Origin: Candidatus Hydrogenedentota bacterium
GTDB taxonomy: Bacteria > Hydrogenedentota > Hydrogenedentia > Hydrogenedentales > SLHB01
NCBI GenBank assembly: GCA_963745075.1
Contig: CAVUWV010000001.1
Location: forward strand, 352,001 to 416,000
Length of the DNA: 64,000 nucleotides
Direction of reading: 5' to 3'
Part shown: positions 49,570 through 58,454 of the stretch, one piece after another
Layout of the letters: every line of letters begins with the position of its first letter
Numbering within the stretch: position 1 is the first letter of the stretch
Notes under the pieces: generated by a model
Database searches by the model: none
Told to the model about the DNA's origin: nothing
What the model saw: the letters and a program-made list of their open reading frames with translations, nothing else
Program-made: the position numbers and the translations under genes

Positions 49570-52122
49570 ATGTACAAGTCTTGCCCAAGCTTCGTAAGTC
49601 TTCTGGTTGGATTGATGTCCGTGCTGTTTGTCGCGCAGGCTCCGGCAGACGGGACGCAGATCGATCTGACGCGTCCTGATGCGGCGAAGAAATGGGTGTT
49701 CTCCGATGCGAACGGCGCGATTTCGGAGGGGGAACTCGTGCTGGACGGACGAACGGCGCCGACCAAGGCTTTTTACCTGCCGTACGCGTGGTCTGACGTC
49801 ACGTTGAAGGCGGAGTTTAACGTCGATCCCCAGGAGTCGGGCGTGTTGGCGTGTGGGTTTGTCGTTCATGCGGCGGACGCCTCTCATTATTACTACGTTC
49901 ACTACGACCGTGGTCAGGCTATTCTTTGCCGTTCCGATGAAAAGGAGTCCTGGAACGAGATCAAGCGCGTGAGTGGTCTGGACAAACCAGCCGGCACCTG
50001 GCACACGGGTCAGTTGGAATGCGTGGGCGACACGATTCGCGTCTCCTTGAACGGGATGCTGCTCTACGAGGCGAAGGACGCTACGCTGAAACGCGGGCGG
50101 ATCGGGTTCTATGCGGGGCAGGGCCGGGTGCACGTGCGGAACATCTTTGTCTCGGGCGCGGCCGAGAAAGCAGATACGGACTTTTCCATGCCGCCGCCTC
50201 CGCCGCCGGACTATGTGTACGTGTGCACCGACGCGGGCGCGGGCGGATACGAAGCGTTTCCCGATGTGTGCCGGCTCAGCGACGGCCGCCTGATGTGCGT
50301 GTTTTACGCGGGGTACACCCACGTTTCGATGCCGAACGAACAACTCCCGAACGGAGGCCGGGTGGCGTATTGCCTCTCGAGCGACGAAGGGCGCACGTGG
50401 TCGCCGGCCCAGACGCTCTACGATAGTCCCGACGATGATCGCGATCCGTCCATTGTGCAAACGTCAACGGGCCGGCTTATCTGCAGTTTCTTTTCGCTCC
50501 GCAAGGCCGAAGGCAAGACGCCGCCGTGGGACGGTTTGGGCGCCTGGATGGTCTACTCGGATGACGTGGGCAAGACGTGGTCGGAGCCGCGGCAGATTGC
50601 GAAGACGTACTATTGCAGCTCTCCGGTGCGCCAACTTACCGACGGCCGGTTGATCCTCGGCCTCTACGCGGAGGAAAACGGGAAGGGATGGGGGGCCGTA
50701 TCCATCTCCGAGGACGACGGGCTCACGTGGAGCGACGTTATCGACATCGACAACAACGGGATGCCGCTCGACGCGGAGACGGATGTAATCGAGCTGAAGG
50801 ACGGCAGTCTGTATGCCGCGGAACGTGGGCGCAGCGAAACGATGGCGTGGTCCATGTCCAAGGATGGCGGCAAGAGCTGGAGCGTCTCCGAGGCGTACGG
50901 TTTCCCCGGGCATTGTCCCTATCTGCATCGTACGGTGAACGACATCATCGTCATGGCGCACCGTCTTCCTCAGACGAGTCTTCGTTACAGCCTGGATGAG
51001 TGCAAGACGTGGAGCGACAGCGTGCTCGTCGATGACTTTATCGGCGCGTATCCGTCCATGGTCGATCTGAAGGACGGCACGGTGCTCATTGTGTATTACG
51101 AAGAAGGGGGAGGTTCCAGCATTCGTGCCAAACGCTTCCTCGCTACCGCGAAAGGCATTCAATGGATGCCGGTGGACCGCGGCCAGGCGCCGGGGGCGAC
51201 GCTCGTCAGCTACCACAAGATCTGGGACGAGGCGCCCCACAACGCGTTCACCAATCTCATTCGGTATCAGGATCGGTGGTTTTGCGTGTTCCGTGAGGGG
51301 CAAGGGCACGTTTCGGATGACGGCGCGTTGCGTGTGATTACTTCCGAGGACGGCGAGAATTGGACCTCCGCAGCCCGCATTACGTCCGATACGGCCGATC
51401 TTCGCGATGCGCAGATCTGCATCACGCCGGACAACCGTCTGATGCTGAGCGGCGCTGCGGCGCTGCATCAACCGGCCGATGCGTTTCACCAGACCATGGC
51501 GTACTTCTCGGATAGCGGGACTGACTGGACGGACGGTGTGCCGATTGGCGAGAAGGACCTCTGGCTGTGGCGGGTGACGTGGTATGACGGCAATGCCTAT
51601 GGCATCGGCTACACGACCGGAAAACGATGGCCGTCCCGGTTCGTCCGGCTCTACAAGAGCGACGACGGCGTGCATTTCGAGACCCTCGTGGACAAGCTAC
51701 GGGACAACGAATACTGCAACGAAAGCCAGCTTGTATTCTTGGAGGACGGGACTGCGCTCTGCCTGCTTCGGCGGGATGAAAAGGATCCCGCGCAAACCGA
51801 CGGGCTTCTGGGGGAGGCGAAACCGCCGTATACCGAATGGACCTGGAAGGACGTCGGCGCGAAGATCGGCGGTCCGTGCATGATCGCGTTGCCCGACGGA
51901 CGCCTGGTGGCGGCTGTGCGCCTCTACGATGAGCGCACGCGCACGTCACTCTGCTGGGTGGATCGGGAGAAGGGCACACTTACCGAATTCTTGCCGTTAC
52001 CGTCCGGCGGCGACACGAGCTATCCGGGGATGGTTTGGCATGACGGCCTGCTCTGGGTCAGCTACTACTCGTCGCATGAAGGGAAAACGAGCATTTACTT
52101 GGCCAAGGTGAAGCTCGACTGA
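49570..52122 (+). CDS. Sialidase-like protein: DUF1080-like N-domain plus two BNR/Asp-box propellers
   Basis: Repeated SxDxGxTW boxes, YEAFPD, DRDPS, HNAFT.L, GGDTSYPG. Confidence 0.85.
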   Translation: MYKSCPSFVSLLVGLMSVLFVAQAPADGTQIDLTRPDAAKKWVFSDANGAISEGELVLDGRTAPTKAFYLPYAWSDVTLKAEFNVDPQESGVLACGFVVHAADASHYYYVHYDRGQAILCRSDEKESWNEIKRVSGLDKPAGTWHTGQLECVGDTIRVSLNGMLLYEAKDATLKRGRIGFYAGQGRVHVRNIFVSGAAEKADTDFSMPPPPPPDYVYVCTDAGAGGYEAFPDVCRLSDGRLMCVFYAGYTHVSMPNEQLPNGGRVAYCLSSDEGRTWSPAQTLYDSPDDDRDPSIVQTSTGRLICSFFSLRKAEGKTPPWDGLGAWMVYSDDVGKTWSEPRQIAKTYYCSSPVRQLTDGRLILGLYAEENGKGWGAVSISEDDGLTWSDVIDIDNNGMPLDAETDVIELKDGSLYAAERGRSETMAWSMSKDGGKSWSVSEAYGFPGHCPYLHRTVNDIIVMAHRLPQTSLRYSLDECKTWSDSVLVDDFIGAYPSMVDLKDGTVLIVYYEEGGGSSIRAKRFLATAKGIQWMPVDRGQAPGATLVSYHKIWDEAPHNAFTNLIRYQDRWFCVFREGQGHVSDDGALRVITSEDGENWTSAARITSDTADLRDAQICITPDNRLMLSGAAALHQPADAFHQTMAYFSDSGTDWTDGVPIGEKDLWLWRVTWYDGNAYGIGYTTGKRWPSRFVRLYKSDDGVHFETLVDKLRDNEYCNESQLVFLEDGTALCLLRRDEKDPAQTDGLLGEAKPPYTEWTWKDVGAKIGGPCMIALPDGRLVAAVRLYDERTRTSLCWVDREKGTLTEFLPLPSGGDTSYPGMVWHDGLLWVSYYSSHEGKTSIYLAKVKLD

Positions 52123-52190
52123 TCGCGTGTTCGTCGCTGGTCCTGGCGAGCGGAGTGCGGCGCTGTTTGTATATACGTAGGCGAGCGATG

Positions 52191-52347
52191 AAGAACATCC
52201 CCCTTCAAAGGGGGAATTCTTCGCAACACTTTGCGTTGCGGTAAGGCATACCAGAGTTTAACGTCGAAGCATATCGCGACGCTAATACCGATAGACAAAA
52301 CTGTTCGCAATTTCCCGCCTTCGAAGGGGGATCAAGGGGATGTTCTT
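52191..52347. repeat. Second inverted pair of the same REP family
   Basis: AAGAACATCCCCCTTCAAAGGGGGAA...CCCGCCTTCGAAGGGGGATCAAGGGGATGTTCTT. Confidence 0.85.
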
Positions 52348-52424
52348 GCTTTATGCCGACATCCGGTCCGAAACCGAGTAGTCTGGTGACGCACCGGTAC
52401 GTTAGTGATTCTCTGGTTCGCCGC

Positions 52425-55094
52425 TCACGGCGTGATGTTCCAGCCGGTTACGCGTAAGGCTGGTTCGGCCCGTTCGAGATCGGTCGCGTTGAAGGTGGCC
52501 GTGTATTCTTTCGATTCACCCGGCAACAGGGAGAAATCGTTTTCCGACCAGTAGCACGGAGCGACTTCCCCACCCCCTTCGTTCTTGGTGATGGCCAGAT
52601 TCACGAAGAAGGCGATGGTGTCGCCAGAATTACTCGCGCGAACGGTCGCGGTATATTTATCTCCATTCTGCGTGAACGTAGGCGTCGTCTCGAGTTCAGC
52701 TTTGGGCAGCGAGCGCAACAGCGTGAAATCGGCGACGGATTTGGCGTTCAGTGCGAAGTTGGTCCAATCGTCGGTCATCTGTCCCGGAATATCGGGGGTA
52801 GTGGACAGCCAATACAGGTTGTCCGAGATGAGTTTGCCGTCGCGGCCGGTGAGCGTCAGGCACAGGAAATGGGTTTTGGACAGACCATCCGGAAACTCGA
52901 TGGCAAAGACGTTCGTCTTGCCGTCCGGTTCAACCTTCACGTTTGCTTCCCGCTGCCACATCTCCTTCATATCCGTATTGAGCAGGCGAGCGGACACGTG
53001 CAAGTCGTCGAAGGGTTTGTAGAGGGAATTCACGACCCATATCGAATGGTCGTCGTACGAATACTGGACGTGCAGGGGTTCGCAGGCCTTTTTGGCGCCG
53101 TAGTATGCGCCGGTCGCCAGCAGATACCAGTCCACATACTGCCACGTCATGACCGCGGGCCACGCGGCGTCGTACTTCCAGGCGGTAATCCCGAGGGCGT
53201 CGTACTTGTTGCGCGCGAAGGCCTCGTACATGGCCCGGGCGCTTTCGTAATTGAGCACCTGGCCGGTTAAGCAGAAATCGTCAACGTCCTTGGGTTGGCC
53301 GTAGCGGGCGTTCATCGCACGAATGGTTGCCTGGAAGAATTCGGCGCCCTGGATGACGGTATGGAACGACATGGCTTCGGACCAGAGCGGCCACAATTGA
53401 TCCTCGGGAATGGTGCGGCGCACGGTTTCGGACGTGGCAATGACGCCGCCGATGCCGCCGGACTGGGCGAAACCCCAGGCGCGTTCGGGATACTGGGTGT
53501 CGTAGTACCGGGCGGGGTTCGCGTAGGTCCACAGTTCGCGGGTCCCTGTACGCGTGCCGCCGGTTTTGAACCGATCTGCCACGTCGAAGGCGCCCGAGTG
53601 GGGCTGATAGGTGCGGTCGGGGATGTATCGCGCGATGAGGTCGCGGTACGCCTGGTCGAGCGTCGGCGTGGGGAAGGTTTCGTCGTGCCCGAGGAAGTGC
53701 ACGAGGCTGGGATGGTTCCGGATGCGGAGAATAGTGTCTTCGATACAGGCAATGGCCAGCGGTTCGTCGGGAATGCTGCGACCGAAGAGTTGCTGCGTGA
53801 CCATGACGCCCTCTTCGTCGCAGATGTCGTAAAGCCGGTCCGTTTCGCGAATCGAAAAGCCCTCCGAGCGCAGCATGTTCAGATTGGCTTCGCGCGCATA
53901 GCGAACCAAGGCGCGGTCGCGGCGTTCCGTGAATCGAAGCAGCATATCGTTGGTCATCCACGCGCCGCCGCGAATCAGCACGCGCTGGCCGTTGATACGA
54001 TAGCCTCGCCAGCCTTCGTCGTTGATGTAGGTGGTTGCCTCGCGGATACCGAATCGCGATGAAACCTGGTCGGACACCTGAGAATCCACGTCCGCGGACA
54101 GCGCGACCGTATACAGTTCCTGCGGGCCGAGTGGATGCGGCCACCACACGCGAGGCTTTTCAATGACGAGCGATTCGAATTCGGCGGGCTCGAACGTAAT
54201 CCATCGGCTTTCGCCCTGTTTCAGCGAGACCGGCTGTTGAAACGCGCGATCCTCGATGACGCCTCGAATCATGGCGTCGACACGCTTTTTGGTCACGTTC
54301 GTCGCGAGGACGGAAACGGTAAGTTCCGCCTTTGTCAGTCCCGGGACTTCGAGCTTGGGCAGCACGTACGGGTGTCGCAGCGTGACCGGACCGCTCGCGG
54401 TGAGGTATACGTCCTGCCAGATGCCCATATTGAGGTCGGGGGGTTGGGGGTTATGGTCGTCCCATCCGGTGGTAGCCTCAACTTGTTTCGTGCGAAACTC
54501 CTGGTCCGGGAGTTTGCCCGGCGCGCTGACCTCGACCGCAAGGCAATTTGTCTCGCCAGCGTGAATGCCCTTGGTAACGTCAAATTCAAAGCGGCGAAAC
54601 ATGCCGACAACGTCGTCGGCGTCCGCGATCTTTTTGCCGTTGAGCCACACGTTGGCCCGATAGTTGATGCCGTCGAGATGAAGTTGGACGTGCCGCCCCT
54701 CGTAGTCCGCGGGGACGGCGAACTCGATGCGATACCACCACGCCGGATAGAAGGGGCTGGACTCATCCATCCGCATCCAACGGCCCTCTTTGTATCCGGG
54801 AATTTGTTTGAGGTTGAGGCCGTAATACGGATCGGGATACACGTTCGCATCCGCGAGGGCGGCGAGCACGGTCGATGGGAGCTTCAGCGAATACCAATCC
54901 TTGGTGCTGAACCCCAACGAGGACAACGGTGCGCCTTGTGCATTTGGGATAGATGCGCTGGACTGGAGTCGCCACCCATCGTTCAGAACGATCGCATCTC
55001 CGGGAGGGGTCGCGACCGCAGCCGGCGCGAACGACAGTGCGGCACAAGCAATCGCCAACACCGGAAGACCACTAAAACCGCGTAGACATTTCAT
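52425..55094 (-). CDS. GH2 glycoside hydrolase, exo-beta-glucosaminidase/mannosidase-like
   Basis: PSTVLAAL...YPDPYYG.N, DGINYRANVWLNG, WWP..LG.Q.LY, FGIRE, RNHPSL, YYGAKKACEPLHVQY. Confidence 0.88.
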   Translation of the reverse strand: MKCLRGFSGLPVLAIACAALSFAPAAVATPPGDAIVLNDGWRLQSSASIPNAQGAPLSSLGFSTKDWYSLKLPSTVLAALADANVYPDPYYGLNLKQIPGYKEGRWMRMDESSPFYPAWWYRIEFAVPADYEGRHVQLHLDGINYRANVWLNGKKIADADDVVGMFRRFEFDVTKGIHAGETNCLAVEVSAPGKLPDQEFRTKQVEATTGWDDHNPQPPDLNMGIWQDVYLTASGPVTLRHPYVLPKLEVPGLTKAELTVSVLATNVTKKRVDAMIRGVIEDRAFQQPVSLKQGESRWITFEPAEFESLVIEKPRVWWPHPLGPQELYTVALSADVDSQVSDQVSSRFGIREATTYINDEGWRGYRINGQRVLIRGGAWMTNDMLLRFTERRDRALVRYAREANLNMLRSEGFSIRETDRLYDICDEEGVMVTQQLFGRSIPDEPLAIACIEDTILRIRNHPSLVHFLGHDETFPTPTLDQAYRDLIARYIPDRTYQPHSGAFDVADRFKTGGTRTGTRELWTYANPARYYDTQYPERAWGFAQSGGIGGVIATSETVRRTIPEDQLWPLWSEAMSFHTVIQGAEFFQATIRAMNARYGQPKDVDDFCLTGQVLNYESARAMYEAFARNKYDALGITAWKYDAAWPAVMTWQYVDWYLLATGAYYGAKKACEPLHVQYSYDDHSIWVVNSLYKPFDDLHVSARLLNTDMKEMWQREANVKVEPDGKTNVFAIEFPDGLSKTHFLCLTLTGRDGKLISDNLYWLSTTPDIPGQMTDDWTNFALNAKSVADFTLLRSLPKAELETTPTFTQNGDKYTATVRASNSGDTIAFFVNLAITKNEGGGEVAPCYWSENDFSLLPGESKEYTATFNATDLERAEPALRVTGWNITP

Positions 55095-55393
55095 AACAAC
55101 CCCCTGTATGCACGTTATCGCCGATTCGCACTTCGACGGGTACGGTGTGCTCCGTCCACCAATCTAGCGACTGCCGCACCAAGACGCAAGGTCGCGTTTT
55201 GCGCCGAACACGGAACTTGAAATCCCGACTGGGGATTAACCGGTGTGAAACGTTGATGGCAGGGGACGACGCGGCGATGGGCGTGGACCGCGGAAATGCC
55301 AGGTCACCGACGAAACGGTAAACCGACACGCCCGGTTTTGCCGGGGAGATGCATTCACGAGCGATTAGCCTATAGCCATGAAGGGAGTGCCCC

Positions 55394-57451
55394 ATGTGCA
55401 GGTCATCATTTCCAGCGTACTGCGCGGTCGTGTGTCTTATTTTAGTACCTACCGCCAGGGGCGAAACAGGCTCCGACAAGACTCTCGCGCCATACTTCTT
55501 CGTCGAAGGCGGCGATGCCGCGATTGACAGTTTTCCCCTCAAGCAAACCTCGGCCGACGTTACCATCTCCGGCGTAATCGCGAGAGTGGCGCTCACGCAG
55601 ACCTACGTTAACGATGGCACCCGGCCCATTAACGCAACATACGTGTTTCCCGCGTCCACGCGGGCTTCCGTGCACGGCATGACGATGACCATCGGCGAGC
55701 ATGTCATCACCGCGAAGATTCGGGAGAGGGAACGGGCGAAACAGGAATTCAGCCAGGCGAAGAAGGCCGGGAAGAGCGCGTCACTGCTCGAACAGCAGCG
55801 ACCCAACGTGTTCAGTATGGACGTGGCCAACGTGATGCCGGGGGACACGATCGACGTTGAACTGTTCTACACCGAGTTGTTGGCGCCCACCGACGGCACC
55901 TACGCGTTCGTGTTCCCGACTGTCGTGGGGCCGCGCTACTCGGAATTCACGGAGAAGACCGCGACCGATCACGACCGCTGGGTGCAAAGTCCTTATCTTC
56001 ACGAGGGGGAGGCGTCGCCCATGGGGTTCGATATCTCGGTCAAGATATCGAGCGGCATTCCGTTGCAGGAGGTGTCGTGTCCGACGCACGAGGTGACTGT
56101 CGATTGGGCCGATGAGCGATCCGCGACGGTTTCCCTGGCGCCATCCGACGAGCCGGGCGGCAACCGGGATTTTATTCTGAAATACCGGCTCGCAGGGCAA
56201 CAGATCGAGTCTGGTTTGATGCTGTATAGTGGCGTGGACGAAAATTTCTTCCTGCTGATGGCCGAACCGCCGGCCCGGGTGCGCCTGGAGAATATCCCGC
56301 CGCGCGAGTATGTTTTTGTCGTTGACGTGTCCGGTTCGATGCACGGGTTCCCGCTGAATGTATCCAAGGAACTGCTGCGGTCCTTGATCGGTAGTCTGCG
56401 GCCGACGGATACCTTTAACGTCGTTCTCTTCGAGTCCTCGGCCGTCGCCATGTCTCCAGTGTCGATACCGGCTAGTGCGGAGAATATTAAGAGGGCGATC
56501 GGCGTCATCGGTCAGCAGCGCGGGGGCGGTGGCACGCGGCTTTTGTCGGCTATGGAGACGGCGTTTGCGTTGCCGCGCGACGAGAATACGTCGAGAAATC
56601 TCATCCTGGTCACGGACGGCTACATCTCGGCGGAGAAAGACGTCTTCATGGCGATCCGTAAGAATCTGCATAATGCGAATGTCTTTGCGTTTGGCATCGG
56701 ATCGAGCGTTAACCGGCACCTTATCGAAGGCGTGGCCAAAGCGGGAAACGGCGAATTGTTTATCGTCACGGAGCCCCAGGAGGCACCGGTCGAGGCGGAC
56801 CGGTTCCGGGTCTACGTCGAGTCGCCGGTGCTGACCCGCGTGTCCGTCAAATACGAAGGCTTTGAGGCCTACGATGTCGAGCCGGGCTCCATTCCAGACC
56901 TGTTGGCGCAACGGCCGTTGCTTGTCTACGGCAAATGGCGGGGCGACGCCGGCGGCACGATTCGCATTGAAGGCGTGAGCGGCAACGGCCGGTACGAACG
57001 GGATTTTAATGTGGCCGAAACGCGTCCCGTGGCGGAGAACGAACCCTTGCGTTACTTGTGGGCTCGCGCACGCGTTGCAGAGTTGTCTGACTACAACTTC
57101 GAGTTGGGTGAGGACGAGGCGGCTCGCGAAGTCACGTCGCTGGGGCTAACGTACAACCTTTTGACCAAATACACGTCTTTTGTTGCGGTACACGAGGTCG
57201 TCCGGAATACGCAGGGTAACGCGATGGACGTGCAGCAACCGCTGCCGTTGCCCAAGGGCGTAACCGATCTCGCGGTGGGCACCAACGCTATGGCTACGGC
57301 CAAGACCCAACCGGCGGGACGAATGTCGTCCGTCCGCACGGCGAGGAGACTCGCTGAGCCGGGCCTCGTGCTGATGCTGCTGTTGGTGACGCTTGGTTTC
57401 GCCGGAAAGTACCTGCTTGAGCGGCGCGTGGCAGGTCGCAAATCCGCATGA
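55394..57451 (+). CDS. VIT + vWA domain protein with C-terminal PEP-CTERM-like (LAEP) sorting signal
   Basis: VIT (ASLLEQQRPNVF), MIDAS DVSGSM...GGT...TDG, LTKYTSFVAV, tail LAEP-hydrophobic-RR..RK. Confidence 0.9.
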   Translation: MCRSSFPAYCAVVCLILVPTARGETGSDKTLAPYFFVEGGDAAIDSFPLKQTSADVTISGVIARVALTQTYVNDGTRPINATYVFPASTRASVHGMTMTIGEHVITAKIRERERAKQEFSQAKKAGKSASLLEQQRPNVFSMDVANVMPGDTIDVELFYTELLAPTDGTYAFVFPTVVGPRYSEFTEKTATDHDRWVQSPYLHEGEASPMGFDISVKISSGIPLQEVSCPTHEVTVDWADERSATVSLAPSDEPGGNRDFILKYRLAGQQIESGLMLYSGVDENFFLLMAEPPARVRLENIPPREYVFVVDVSGSMHGFPLNVSKELLRSLIGSLRPTDTFNVVLFESSAVAMSPVSIPASAENIKRAIGVIGQQRGGGGTRLLSAMETAFALPRDENTSRNLILVTDGYISAEKDVFMAIRKNLHNANVFAFGIGSSVNRHLIEGVAKAGNGELFIVTEPQEAPVEADRFRVYVESPVLTRVSVKYEGFEAYDVEPGSIPDLLAQRPLLVYGKWRGDAGGTIRIEGVSGNGRYERDFNVAETRPVAENEPLRYLWARARVAELSDYNFELGEDEAAREVTSLGLTYNLLTKYTSFVAVHEVVRNTQGNAMDVQQPLPLPKGVTDLAVGTNAMATAKTQPAGRMSSVRTARRLAEPGLVLMLLLVTLGFAGKYLLERRVAGRKSA

Positions 57452-58194
57452 CGATTCGGACCCTCCGAGACAATTGGAGGCCCTACCTGGCCGCCATTGT
57501 CGTGGCCGCGTCGCTCAAAACCGGGTACAGCGTTGCGGGCGCCGGTGAACTTCGGTGGATACTGGGACCCACGGCATGGCTTGCGGACGTATTCACGAGG
57601 CGTGGGTTTGCATTCGAAGACGGCGCCGGATACGTGAGCGCGGACGGGGGCATTGTTATCGCGCCGGTGTGCGCAGGAGTCAATTTTCTGATCATCTGTT
57701 TTTGTATGCTGGCGTTCAGTCATATTCCGCATGTCCGGCGACCAGCAGCAACGTTTGGCTTGCTGATCGGATTGGCGCTCGTTTCGTACGTCGTGACGGT
57801 CTTGGTGAATGCAGCGCGAATCGCCGTGTCGATTCAATCCCTCGAGTTGGCGCTCCCGTACCGATGGCTTTCGTCCGAAGGCATGCATCGCTTGGAAGGA
57901 GTGTCCATCTACTTTCTGAGTTTGAGCTTGCTCTATATTGGGTCGCAGGAGATATCGCACCGCGTCGTCGGCGGTGGCAACGGACGACACCTTGGACGTT
58001 TGACGCTCGCGGCGCCGCTGTTCTGGTACTTTTTGGTTACGGTCGGCATACCGCTGGTTCGAATCTCCTACGGGGCGGACGATGAGCGCTTTATTGAACA
58101 CGTGCGATACGTGATTCTCGTTCCCGCACTCATGGTACTTGCGTACGCAGCACTACGACGCGGGTTGCGTGCGTTCGGCCCGGTGCGGGACTGA
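57448..58194 (+). CDS. xrtK: Exosortase K-like protein
   Basis: LRWILGPTA.L, IAPVCAGVNF (Cys), N..RI (Arg), H..EG (His); ATGA overlap with the upstream gene. Confidence 0.82.
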   Translation: MTIRTLRDNWRPYLAAIVVAASLKTGYSVAGAGELRWILGPTAWLADVFTRRGFAFEDGAGYVSADGGIVIAPVCAGVNFLIICFCMLAFSHIPHVRRPAATFGLLIGLALVSYVVTVLVNAARIAVSIQSLELALPYRWLSSEGMHRLEGVSIYFLSLSLLYIGSQEISHRVVGGGNGRHLGRLTLAAPLFWYFLVTVGIPLVRISYGADDERFIEHVRYVILVPALMVLAYAALRRGLRAFGPVRD

Positions 58195-58454
58195 ATTGTC
58201 TGGATACCCATTCGCGCCTTCGCGGCACCCCTGAGGGGGGAATCTCGATTGGTTCTACCCCGGAATTCTCACGCGATCCAAGTCTACCTCGTATTGGCGC
58301 GGTCGCCGGCCACGCGAATCCCGACGGTTGCAAAATCGGACACGGGGCGTCATGCTAATCCCTGTTGTGTGTCGCGCTCGGCGAGCGGTACGGGTTTCAG
58401 AATGTCTGTCGTATAGGATTTTTCCGAACGTCGAACGATGCAGGTACGAGGAGG

